Shown: positions 40,662 through 51,572 of the stretch, one piece after another | Position numbering within the stretch: position 1 is the stretch's first letter | How the letters are laid out: every line of letters begins with the position of its first letter | Source of the DNA: Squalus acanthias | Lineage: Eukaryota | NCBI GenBank assembly: GCA_030390025.1 | Contig: CM059433.1 | Coordinates: 24,492,001 to 24,556,000, forward strand | DNA length: 64,000 nucleotides | Reading direction: 5' to 3' | Position numbers and translations under genes: made by a program | Notes under the pieces: generated by a model | What the model was told of the DNA's origin: nothing | Databases searched by the model: none | The model's input: the letters and a program-made list of their open reading frames with translations, nothing else

Positions 40662-41439
40662 GTAAGTGAATCATGTACATTTTAGTAGGTATTTTTCCCT
40701 TTGCTGTAACTTTTGTTTTCCATTCATGGGAATCTCTCCAGTATCTGTTTTCTAGCTTAAATAATTCGGCTAGAGAATGTCTTCCACCAATACCCATAGC
40801 TTGGTATCTGAATGTGCCAGAGCAACCCAGTGTTGCTGGACTAAGCATTTCCCACAGTGAGGCATTTGGCCTCCACTCTGAGCCTTCCCATAGCAACTTG
40901 ATTTGAGATCAAAAACTCACTCACTTCCTTTTGATTATTATTTAATATGCATTTTAAATGATCCTGCTGGATACTTTTGTCAGGCTAATGTACCGAAGTC
41001 TTGAAGATGATGGTCATTGCAGTTAAGAATTGGTTCTGAGAAAAAATTGAGGAAGCCAGACATAAATTGTTTGAACATAAATGCTGAAAAATATAGTGTC
41101 AACCGACTGGCCACCTCGGGCTGCAAGTAAGGATGATGTAACTATTAATATTAAAAAGTTATGTGCAATAACTAGGTGAAAAGTAAGAAACTTCTCAAAA
41201 CCTGCAGTGTTTCAATTATATAGGTCATCTGCAAGTAGGTCACTGGCCAGTGCTAATTAGGTACTGTCACTGGGGGCTGACTGTCCAGTTGAAACTGGTT
41301 TGCGTCTGAAAGGCATTTATAGAGTGAATTACCTGCTAACAGACAGCTGGTAATGGAGTGAGCTGGGAACAGAGTGAGGTCTTTTAAAATGGGAATTGGT
41401 TGAGAGTGGGAATTATCCCACATGCTAATTGGCACAGGG

Positions 41440-44400
41440 ATAAGCAGATCAAGAAAGTAATCAGTGGCTGAAAAATGTGGAAAGAAGGGGTTTCGTATCA
41501 TTGGACACTGCCATCAGTACTGGGACAGGAAGGAGCTATACCGCTGGGATGGGCTGCACCTGAACTAGGCTGGGACCAAGGTCCAAGAAGAAAGGATAAA
41601 TCGGACCATAGAAAAGACTTTAAATCAATAAAAGGGAAGATGGAGGTTCCAAGTAGAAATAATAGCCTCGAGAAAAAGAGGGGATAAGAGCAAAGGTCAG
41701 AATACAAAAAGAGATAAAGGTAATATAAGTACTTGGGGTACAGAATAGGTTCTAGGAAGTAATAAAATACTTGTTAAAAATAAAGCAGGAATGATTTTTA
41801 AAAGAACTATTCAATCGCCTATTTAACAATATACAGAGCATCAGCAACCAAAACTGTGACATTCAAAAAGTGAGAGAAATATACCATCACTAGTGCTGTG
41901 GGGGGAAGGTTTAAACTAATTTGGCGGGGGGCGGGGAGGGAAGTGCACCAGGATGCAGGAGCAGAGAGGAGAGACAAGGTGCATAGAAAACTAGGAGCAA
42001 CAAACAGCAACAGAACAAAAAATAATGCGATAAGAGCAGGAAGTAAATGGAGAGAAAAAGCAAAGCAGACTAGCATGGTGTTGGAATGCATATGTGTTAA
42101 TGTGAGGAGTGTTACAAATAAGGTTGATGAGCTACAGGTGCACATTGCCACATGGGTTTATGATATAGTGGCTATAATGGAGACCTGGCTTAAACATGGG
42201 CAGGAATGGGAACTAAACATTCCTGGCTACAACGTATTCAGCAGGGATAAGGAAGGGAAAAAGAAAAGAAGGGGGTGGCAGTATTGATCAAGGATAACAT
42301 TACAGTTCTACAGAGCGACAGTGTACTAGAGGGTTCAAAGACTGAATCTATTTGGTTAGAATTAAGGAACAGAAAAGGAGCTGTTACTTTGCTGAGTGTT
42401 TACTAAAGACCCCCAAATAGTGAGAAGGAGATTCTGTGAGGAGCAAATCTGTCGGCAAATTTCAGAGAAATGTAAAAATAATACAGCAGTAATAGTATGG
42501 GATTTCAATTACCCAAATATACTGGGGGGGGGGGGGGACAGAGTAAAGGGCAAGGAGGGTGACAAATTCCTAAAATGTGTACAGGAGAACTTTGTTAATG
42601 TTTCTAGCCCAACAAGGAATGAAGCAGTGCTGGATCTAGTTCTGGGGAATGACGTAGGGCAAGTGGATTGTGTTTCAGTGGGAGAACATCTGTGTAATAG
42701 TGATCATATAATTAGGCTTAAAGTAGTTATGGAAAGGGACAATGCAAATTCAACGATGAAAATACTCAACTGGAAGGGTGCCAATTTCACTGATTCTTAG
42801 AAGAGATTTAGCACAGATGGACTGGAAACAAGATTGGATGAGAAAACAGTAAATGAACAATGTCTGGCCTTCAAGGCGGAGATAGTTTGGGTTCAAACCA
42901 AGCATATTCTGATATGGTGGAAAGTTGGGGCATCCATAGCTCAGGCTCCCTTGATGACGAAGGAAATAGAGGTTAAAATAGAACAGAAAAGGGACACGTC
43001 AGGTACAGAATTCAATCAAAAAACAGGCAGAATACAGAGTGAGCAGGGGAAATTTGAAAAAGGATATAAGAAGGGCAAAGAGAGGGTATGAGAAAAGATT
43101 AGCAGGTAACCTAAAATGGAACCCAAAAATCTTTTATAAACATATAAAAAGTAAAAGGATAATTAATGGAATGGTGGAGGCTGATTAGGGACAAAAAAGG
43201 AAATCTTGTGGAGGTAAAGGGCATGAATGAGTACTTTGCTTCTGTCTTTGCTAAAGAGGATGAAAATGTTGTCGCAGTAGAGGAGTGGGGAGTAGAGATA
43301 TTGGATAGGATAAAAATAGATAGAAAGGAGGTGCTAAATATGTTAGCATCACTCAAAGTTGACAAGTCACCTGGTCCAAATGGGATATATCCTAGGTTGC
43401 TGAGGAAAGCTCTGACCACAAAATCTCAATCCTCCTTGGATATTGGAGTAGTGTCAGAGGACTGGAGGATTGCAAATGTTACACCCCTGTTCAAAAAAGG
43501 GGAGCGAGATAAACTTGGTAACTACAGGCTAATCAGTGGTGGGAAAACTACTAGAGACCATTGTCAAGGACAAGATTAATTCTCACTTGGAGAAGCATGG
43601 GTTAATAAGGGACAGCCAGCATGAATTTGTTAAAAGCAAATGATTGAGTTCTTTGAAGTAACAGAGAGGGTGGATGAAGGTACTCTAGTAGATGTTTTAT
43701 ATACGGACTTTCAAAAGACATTTGTCAATGTACCTCATAACAGACTTATTCGGAAAATAGAAGCACATGGTATTAAAGGGACAGTGATAACTTGGGTAAG
43801 AAATTGGCTAAGGGTTAGGAGGCAGAGAGTATTGGTGAACGAATGTTTTTCTGACTGAAGAGAAGTATGCAGTGATCGGTATTAGGACCATTGCTTTTCT
43901 TGTGTTATATATATACATGACCTGGACTTGGATATAGGGATTATAATTTCAAAGTTTGCTGATGATTTAAAACTTGTAACGTAGTAAATAGTGAGGAGGA
44001 TAGTAGTAGACTTCAGGAGGACATAGACAGACTGGTGAAATGGGCAGACACATGGCAGATACAATTTAATGCGGATAAGTGTGAAGTGATGCACTTTGGG
44101 AGAAACAACATTGAGAGGCAGTATAATCTAAATGGTATTATTTTGAGGGGATGCAAGAAGAGAGGGGCCTGGGGGTGCATATTTACAAATCTTTGAAGGT
44201 GGCAGGGCAAGTTGAGAAGGCGGTTAAGAAAGTGTATGGGATACTTGGCTTTGTAAATAGGGGCATTGTATACAAAAACAAGGAAGCCATGCTCAACCCT
44301 TACAACTCTCTGTTTAGGGCTCAGCTGGATAATTCTGGGCACCACACTTTAGGAAGGATGTCAAGGCCTTTGGGATTACAAAGGATTACCAGGATGATAC

Positions 44401-44822
44401 CAGGGATGAGGGAGTTCAGTTCTGTGGAGAGATCCTTAGAGCAGCAAAGGTTAAAAGGGGAGACCTAATAGATGTATTCAAAATTGAGGGGTTTTGTCAG
44501 AGCAGGTAAGGAGAAACTATTTTCTCTAGCAAGTGGGTCATTAAACAGAGGTCATAGCTTTAAAATAATTGGCAAAATAACTAGAGGGAAAATGAGAGAA
44601 ATTTCTTCAGAGGGTTGTTGAGATCTGGAATGCATTACCTGAAAGGGTGGTGGAATCAGATTCCATAGGAACTTTTAAAAGGCAATTGGACATGTATTTG
44701 AAGAGGACTAATTTGCAGGGTAGTGGGGGAAAAAGCTGGGTTGTGGAACTAAATTGGATAGCTCTTACAAAGAGCTATGACTGGCTGAATTGCCTCCTTC
44801 TGTGCTGTAAGATTCTGTGATG
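41440..44822 (+). mobile_element. Near full-length but degraded CR1 LINE (ORF1 esterase remnant, APE endonuclease, RT)
   Basis: ORF1-like YWDRKELYRWDGLHLN near 41520; endonuclease NVRSVTNK..ETWLK and DFNYP; RT DFQKTF, FADD; CR1 tail near 44800. Many frameshifts. Confidence 0.88.
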
Positions 44823-44967
44823 AAGGCATATGGGCAGGGTGGAGACAGGTACCCAAATAAGGTCTGTGCATGCAAAAGCAAAATACTGCGGATGCTGGAA
44901 ATCTGAAATAAAAACAGAAAATGCTGGAAATACTCAGCAGGTCAGGTAGCAGCTGTAGAGGGAGAAA

Positions 44968-45006
44968 CAGTTAACATTTCAGGTCAATGACCCTTCGTCA
45001 GAACTG
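44968..45006 (-). ncRNA. Minimal type I hammerhead ribozyme motif in Penelope terminal repeat
   Basis: Minus strand CAGTT-CTGACGA-AGGGTC-ATT-GACCT-GAAA-TG-TT-AACTG: intact CUGANGA and GAAA cores, helix II and 5-bp helix I. Activity untested. Confidence 0.65.
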
Positions 45007-45627
45007 GAAAAAGTTGGAGATGTAACAGATTTTTAAGCAAGTTTAGGGGCAGGGAAAGGGAGGAAAGAACAAAAGGGAAGGTCTGTGATAGGATGGAAGA
45101 CAGGAGAGATTAAGAGACAAAAGGAGATAATGGGACAAGTTAAGAAACAAAAATGACTCTAGATGAGGTGTAAACAGCAATGGCAGAATCATCATCAGCT
45201 GCCATGTGAGAAAAAGAAATAAGGACCGAGGTTATGGTCTGAAATTGTTGAACTCTATGCTGAGTCTAGAAGGGTGTAAAGTGCCTAATTGAAAGATGAG
45301 GTGCTGTTCTTCGAGCTTACATTGAGCTTCATTGGAGCAGTGTAAGAGGCTGAGGACGGAGAGATCAGAGTGGAGCGGAGAATTAAAGTGACAGGTGACC
45401 GGAAGCTCGGGGTCACGCTTACGGACCGAACAAAGGATTTGGTCTCCCCAGTGTAGTGGAGACTGCATCGTGAGCAGCGAATACAGTATACTAAATTACA
45501 AGTACAGCAAGTAAATTGCTGTTTTACCTGGAAGGAGTGTTTGGGGCCCTGGAGTGGGAAGGGAGGAGGTAAAAGGGCAGGTCTTGCATGGGAAGGGGAA
45601 GGGGTGTTGGGTGTGATAGAGGAGTGG

Positions 45628-47865
45628 ACCAGGGTCCTGAATTTAAATAAAGGAAACTACGATAGTATGAGGCGCGAATTGGGTAGGATTGATTGGGGAA
45701 TGTCACTCAAGGGGTTGACGGTGGATAGGCAATGGCAAACATTCAAAGACTGCATGGATGAACTACAGAATTTGTACATCCCAGTGTGGCATAAGAATAA
45801 AACAAAAAGGGTGACTCAACCGTAGCTAACGAGGGAAATTAGGGATAGCATAAGATCCAAGGAGAGGGCATATAAATTGGCCAGAAAAAGCGGTAGCCCT
45901 GAGGATTGGGAGCAGTTTAGGATTCAACAAAGGAGGACAAAGGGATTAATTAAGAAGGGGAAAATAGAATATGAAAGTAAGCTTGCTGGGAACATAAAAA
46001 CTGACTGTAAGAGCTTTTATAGATATGTGAAGAGAAAAAGATTAGTGAAATCAAGTGTAGGTCCCTTGCAGTCAGAAGCGGGGGAAGTTATAATGGGGAA
46101 CAAAGAAATGACAGCCCAATTAAATGCATATTTTGGTTCTGTCTTCACAAAGGAGGACACAAATAGCCTCCCAGAGATGTTGGAGAACATACGGTCTGAT
46201 GAAAGGGAGGAACTGAAAGAAATCAGTATTTGCAGGGAAATGGTGTTAGGGAAATTGATGGTATTGAAGGCCGATAAATCCCCAGGGCCTGATAATCTAC
46301 ATCCTAGGGTACTTAAGGAAGTGGCCCTAGAAATAGTAGATGCATTGCTGATCATCTTCCAACATTCGATGGAATCTGGAACTGTACCCATGGATTGGAG
46401 GGTAGCTAATGTTACCCCACTATTCAAAAAGGGTGGTAGAGAGAAAGCGGGGAATTACAGACCGGTAAGCCTGACATCGGTAGTGGGGAAAATGCTAGAG
46501 TCCATTATAAAGGATGTAATAGCTGAGCATTTGAAAAACAGTGACAGGATCGGACAAAGTCAACATGGATTTACAAAAGGTAAATCGTGCTTGACTAATC
46601 TACTGGAATTTTTTGAGGATGTAACTGGGAAAATAGATAAGGGAGAACCAGTAGATGTGGTGTATTTGGACTTTCAAAAGGCTTTCGATAAGGTCCCGCA
46701 TAAGAGATTAGCGGGTAAAGTTAAGGCACATGGGATTGGGGGCAAGGTATTGACTTGGATAGAGAACTGGTTGGTGGACAGAAAGCAGAGAGTAGGAATT
46801 AATTGTTCTTTTTCCGAGTGGCAAGCAGTGACTAGTGGGGTACCACAGGGATCGGTCCTTGGACCCCAGCTATTCACAATATGCATTAATGATCTAGATA
46901 AGGGAATTAAATGTAATATCTCCAAGTTTGCAGATGACACAAAGCTGGGTGGGAGTGTGTGCAGCGAGGAGGATAGCGAGAAACTCCAGGATGATCTGGA
47001 CAGGTTGGGTGAGTGGGCAGAAGCGTGGCAGATGCAATATAACGTGGATAAGTGCGAGGTTATCCACTTTGGTGTCAAAAACAGAAAGGCAGACTATTAT
47101 CTGAATGGCAATAGATTGGGAGAAGGGGAAGTGCAACGAGACCTGGGTGTCCTTGTGCACCAGTCGCTGAAAGTAAGCATGCAGGTGCAGCAGGCGGTGA
47201 AGAAGGCAAATGGTATGTTGGCCTTCATAGCGAAAGGGTTTGAGTATAGGAACAAGGATGTCCTGCTGCAGTTGTACAGGGCCTTGGTGAGACCACACCT
47301 TGAGTACTGTGTGCAGTTTTGGTCGCCTTATCTGAGGAAGGATGTTCTTGCCATGGAAGGAGTTCAGCGAAGATTCACAAGGCTGATACCTGGGATGGCA
47401 GGAATGACATATGAGGAGAGATTGGGTCCATTGGGCTTATACTCACTGGAGTATAGAAGAATGAGAGGGGATCTCATCGAAACATATAAAATTCTGACAG
47501 GTCTGGACAAACTAGATGCAGGAAGAATGTTCCCGATGGTCGGAGAGTCCAGAACCAGGGGTCATAATCTACGGATAACGGTAAACCATTTAGGACAGAA
47601 ATGAGGAAGAATTTCTTCACCCAGAGAGTGGTGAACCTGTGGAATTCTCTACCACAGAAGGTAGTTGAGGCGAAGTCATTAAATATATTCAAGGATGAGT
47701 TAGATATATTTCTTAAAGCTAAAGGGATCAAGGGATATGGGGAGAAGGCAGGCACAGGGTACTGAGTTTAGATGATCAGCCATGATCTCATCGAATGGCA
47801 GCGCAGGCTCGAGGGGCCGAATGGCCTACTCCTGCTCCTATCTTCTATGTTTCTATGTTTCTATG
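45628..47865 (+). mobile_element. Young 5'-truncated CR1 (HER1-like) LINE with 575-codon open RT region (45877-47604)
   Basis: KSPGPD, NYRPVSLTS, YLDFQKAFDKVPH, GVPQGSVLGP, KFADDTKL, RPHLEYC. Stop at 45823-45825, frameshift near 47580, no endonuclease; tail (ttctatgt)n. Confidence 0.96.
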
Positions 47866-48786
47866 GTCAAGGGCCGTGTCAACCACGGTAGAGGGGAATC
47901 CTCGGTTGAGGAAAAAGGAAGACATGTCTGAAGCACTGGTATGGAAGGTGGCATCGTCAGAGCAGATTTGGCAGAGATGGAGAAACTGAGAGAATGGAAT
48001 AGAGTCCTGGGAGGAAGTGTAGTCCTGGTAGCTGTGGGAGTCAGTGGGCTTATAGTGAATGTTTGTCAATAGCCTATCCCCAGAAATGGAGACAGAAGTC
48101 GAGGATGGGCAGAGTCGGAGATGGACCATGTGAAGGTGAGGGAAGCGTGGAAATTGGAAGCAAAGTGAATGAAATTTTCTACTTCAGGGCGAGAGCAGGA
48201 AACGGCACCAATACAGTCATCAATGTACCTGAAAAAGAGGTGAGGGAGGGGACCTGAGTAGGACTTGAACAAAGAATGTTCCACATATCCCACGAAAAGG
48301 CAGGAATAGCTAGGACCCATGCGGGTTCCCATAGCAATACCTTTTAATTTGAAGGAAGTGAGTGGAGTCAAAGGAGAAGTTGTTCAATGGGAGAACAATT
48401 TCAGGAGGGTGGTGGTGGATGGGGACTAGTTGGGCCTCTGTTCAAGGAAGAAGCAGAGCGCCCTGAGGCCATCCTGGTGGGGGATGGAGGTGTAGAGGGA
48501 TTGGATCTCCATAGTGAAAAGGGGACGGTTGGGGCCAGGAAACTGGAAACTGTTAGTGGCGGAGGGTGTCGGAAGAGTTGCGGATGTAGGTGGGAAGAGA
48601 CTGGACAAGTGGGGAGAAAAAAGAGTTGAGATAGGAAGAGAGAAGTTCCGTGGGACAAGAACAGGCTGAAACGATGGGTCTACCAGGGCAGTCCTGTTTG
48701 TGGATCTTGGGAAGGAGGTAGAAGCGGGCTGTGTGGGGTTGGGGAGCTATGAGGTTGGCAGCCCTGGAGGGAAGGTCTCCAGAGGA

Positions 48787-50390
48787 CTGTGCATGTATAC
48801 ACATAGCATAAGGAATATGGCAAATGAGTTAGCAGCACAAATTCAGCTTAAAGGGTATTATGTAGTAGCAATTACAGAAACCTGGCTACAAACTGGCTGT
48901 GAATGGGAGCTAAATATTCCAGGCTATAGAATCTTTAGAAGGGACTGGGAAATTGAGAAAGGAGGAGGAGCAACAATATTGATAAGACACAATTACAGCA
49001 GTGCAAAGAAAGGAATTCAGTAAGGGTGGGCAGGCAGTGGAACCAGTATGGGTAAGAACTAAGGAACAGTAAAGGATGCAAGACTCTGGGAGTTGTCTAC
49101 AGACCTCCTGGCAGTAGTGATGTAGTGGGTGGTGGTTGTTTCAATATGAATGGGAGATTTTAATTTCAAATAGTGGAGGAAGAGAAAATCTTGCGAATCG
49201 TGCCCATAAAGGATTGCTTTTGAGAGGGAGAGGTGAGAATCAAGACCAAGATTTTAAATTAAAGTACGGGAGAGCTATAAAAACAGCATCAACAACAACT
49301 TGCATTTATATAGCGCCTTTAGCATAGCAAAATGTCCCAAGACTCTTCTCGGGAGCGTTATCGAGCAAAATTTGATACCGAGCCACAAAAGGAGATATTG
49401 GGACAGGTGACCAAGAGCTTGATCAAAGAGGTAGGTTTTCAGGAGCGTCTTAAAGGAGGGGAGTTAGAGATGCAGGAGAGGTTTAGGGAGGGAATTCCAG
49501 AGCTTAGGGCTTCGGCAGCTGAAGGCACGGCCCCCAGTGGTGCAGCGATGAAAATCAGGGATGCGCAAGAGGCCAGAATTGGAGGAGCGACGAGATCACG
49601 GAGGGTTGTAGGACTGGAAAGCAGCAAAAGGATACAAAGAAAGTAATAAGTGAAAAAAGGAGTATCAAAAAATCTTGCAAGGGATATCAAAACTAACAGT
49701 AAAAGCTTTTATAAATATATTGAGAGTGATAAGGGGCATTATGGGCCCATTAAAGACAAATGCAGGTGATGCTATAATGGATAATAAGGAAATGGCAGAC
49801 TTGTTAAGTGAATACTTTCTGTTTCAACAGTGGTGGAAAAGGACAAAATACTAGCAGTACAAGAAAACCGATTTAAGTCCAGGGGAAGAACTTATTAAAT
49901 TTAATATGTGAGAAAATAATGGGACTTAAGATAGACAAATCTCCAGATCCTGATGGTTTCCACCGCAGGGTATTAAAAGGAAACGGGTGCGGAAATTGCC
50001 GATGTGTTGAGTCATAATTTGCCAAAACTCCCTAGATTTGGGAATTCTGTCTGCTTTATTTAAGAAAGGAGGGAGGAAGAAACCAGAAAACTACAGACCC
50101 GTCAGTCACTGGAATCTATCATCCGAGAAAGAGTGACAGAGCACTTGAACAAGTATGAGCTGCTCAGAGAGTCACCGAAAGGGTAGTGGAAATCTGGAAC
50201 TTACTCCCCCAAAAGTTAGGTCAAGTGAAATCTTCAAGACTAAGATCAATAGACTTCTGTTAGGCAAGGGTATCAATGGCTATGGAACAGGGGTAGGTAA
50301 ATGGAGTTGAGGTACAGGTCAGTTACGATCTAATTGAATGGCGGAACAGGCTCGAGGGGCTGAATGGCCCATTCCCGTTCCTAATTCCTT
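48787..50390 (+). mobile_element. Old, internally deleted CR1 LINE (host of the Penelope element), interrupted by an L2 3' end
   Basis: SIRNMANEL..AITETWL endonuclease start, DKSPDPDGFH, NYRPVS and a CR1 tail near 50380. Confidence 0.8.
49270..49618 (-). mobile_element. L2 LINE 3' end
   Basis: Reverse-complement match to 58040-58410, including tatatagcgccttt and (caa)n. Confidence 0.85.
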
Positions 50391-50460
50391 AAGTTTAGTT
50401 AATTGAAGGTAATTTTCTTGTATCTGAAATTGGAAATAATTTTTCTCCTCTTTGTACCAG

Positions 50461-50616
50461 CAGCAATACCCAACATTTCTGATAGTACGGTGGAGTTTAC
50501 TGGTCGGAGATTAAACTGTAAAATGCAGGTGTACTCTGGCTCTAAAACAACGAACATTTTGAAGATGATGTCTCTGTATGACCAGTGCATTCGAGTCCTC
50601 CAGAACAACATTGACT
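50461..50616 (+). CDS. eloal: Elongin A-like exon 6 (..[37 protein letters not shown]-box)
   Basis: cag|cag| acceptor, donor T|GTAAGG, 156 nt, phase 1 to 1. [15 protein letters not shown] and the SL...C...L BC-box are diagnostic of Elongin A. Confidence 0.95.
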
Positions 50617-51151
50617 GTAAGGAATTAGGAACACAATTTTTCATTGTTCTTTTTTAAATAGATGCCAGAGGAGAAATAAAAATAGAAAAGGTACAAATAA
50701 TATGACACTTTATCATAATGGGTCTTTTTTTTTAACATTTTGTACCTTTTCTTCCCTGTATTGTGTGTGCACATGTCAATCGAGAAAACAGATGATCACT
50801 TATTTCTAGCTTTTGGACAGTGCTGCTCTGTAATTGACTGCTGGAACATCCTTAAGGACCCACCTTCCTGCAGTCTGGTGGAGCTGAATCTCGAGTAGAA
50901 AAGCATACAACCCAGTGTACCTCAGAATTATGCACCAGTAAAATGTTAACTGCATGTTTATGAAAATATTTAAAACTTCTGTTTTGTGGACTGTTGCCCT
51001 TTTATGGAACTAAATGCTCTTTTGTTTTTACATATTCCAAAACAATAAACTGTAACTTTACTAAAGCAGAAGGAATGGTTAAAATGTGTCCAGACTTTAT
51101 TTTTGTAACTGAAGCAGTTACAGGTAATCTTTATACAGTCAAGTGCTTGTA

Positions 51152-51412
51152 CAGTAATCCCTCCCCAACCACGGGGGATACGTCCCTGAAAACCCCCGTG
51201 GTTAGTAAAACCGCGGTTGGCAAATACAGTATAAATGTTCAAATAACACAGAATATAAAAGCAATAAAATCATGTTATTTACCTTAATCCTAAATTTAAA
51301 ACCGCGTATACACAAAATTCACTGCCATGGTTGGCAAAAGTTGTCGCAGAGAGGAAACTGTGTATACTTGAAATCCGCGTATGGCAAAACCGTGGTTGGG
51401 GCAGGATTCCTG
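51152..51412. mobile_element. pogo/Tigger-like MITE (261 bp)
   Basis: TIRs cagtaatccctccccaaccacgg / ccgtggttggggcaggattcctg; TA on both sides (51150-1, 51413-4). Confidence 0.85.
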
Positions 51413-51474
51413 TATGTGGACAAAATGTTGATGATGATCTCAATTTTTATTCTTCCTCTCCCCCATCCCCCAAG

Positions 51475-51572
51475 CTATTCATGAAGTAGGTGGTGTGCCA
51501 TTTGAAATTATTGAGCCAGTGCTTGAACGATGTACTTCAGAACAGCTCTATCGAATTGAGGAATGCAACCCG
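51475..51572 (+). CDS. eloal: Elongin A-like exon 7 ([33 protein letters not shown])
   Basis: Pyrimidine tract + caag|, donor CCG|GTGAGG, 98 nt, phase 1 to 0. Elongin A domain including the cullin-box region. Confidence 0.95.

Larger units (their letters stand above)
44873..48786 (-). mobile_element. Penelope-like retroelement (RT + GIY-YIG endonuclease remnants + terminal repeat), split by a CR1 insertion
   Basis: Minus-strand pieces FYLLPKIHK..GRPIVS, GIAMGTRMGPSY..FFRYIDD, HYKPTDSH, and a C-terminal GIY-YIG region (VYCIRCS..ET, PV.CHFN..EQHLIFQLGT..LSIEF). 9-bp TSD CTGTGCATG at 44864-44872 and 48787-48795. Confidence 0.9.

Noticed and set aside
46017..47298. Several 130+ aa minus-strand ORFs
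   Set aside because: Antisense shadows of the CR1 RT frame; equivalent peptides recur opposite other CR1 copies.
45877..47604. 575-aa RT ORF as a host gene or active autonomous element
   Set aside because: It lacks the endonuclease and ORF1, has an upstream stop and a C-terminal frameshift, and ends in a CR1 tail. It is a truncated LINE copy.
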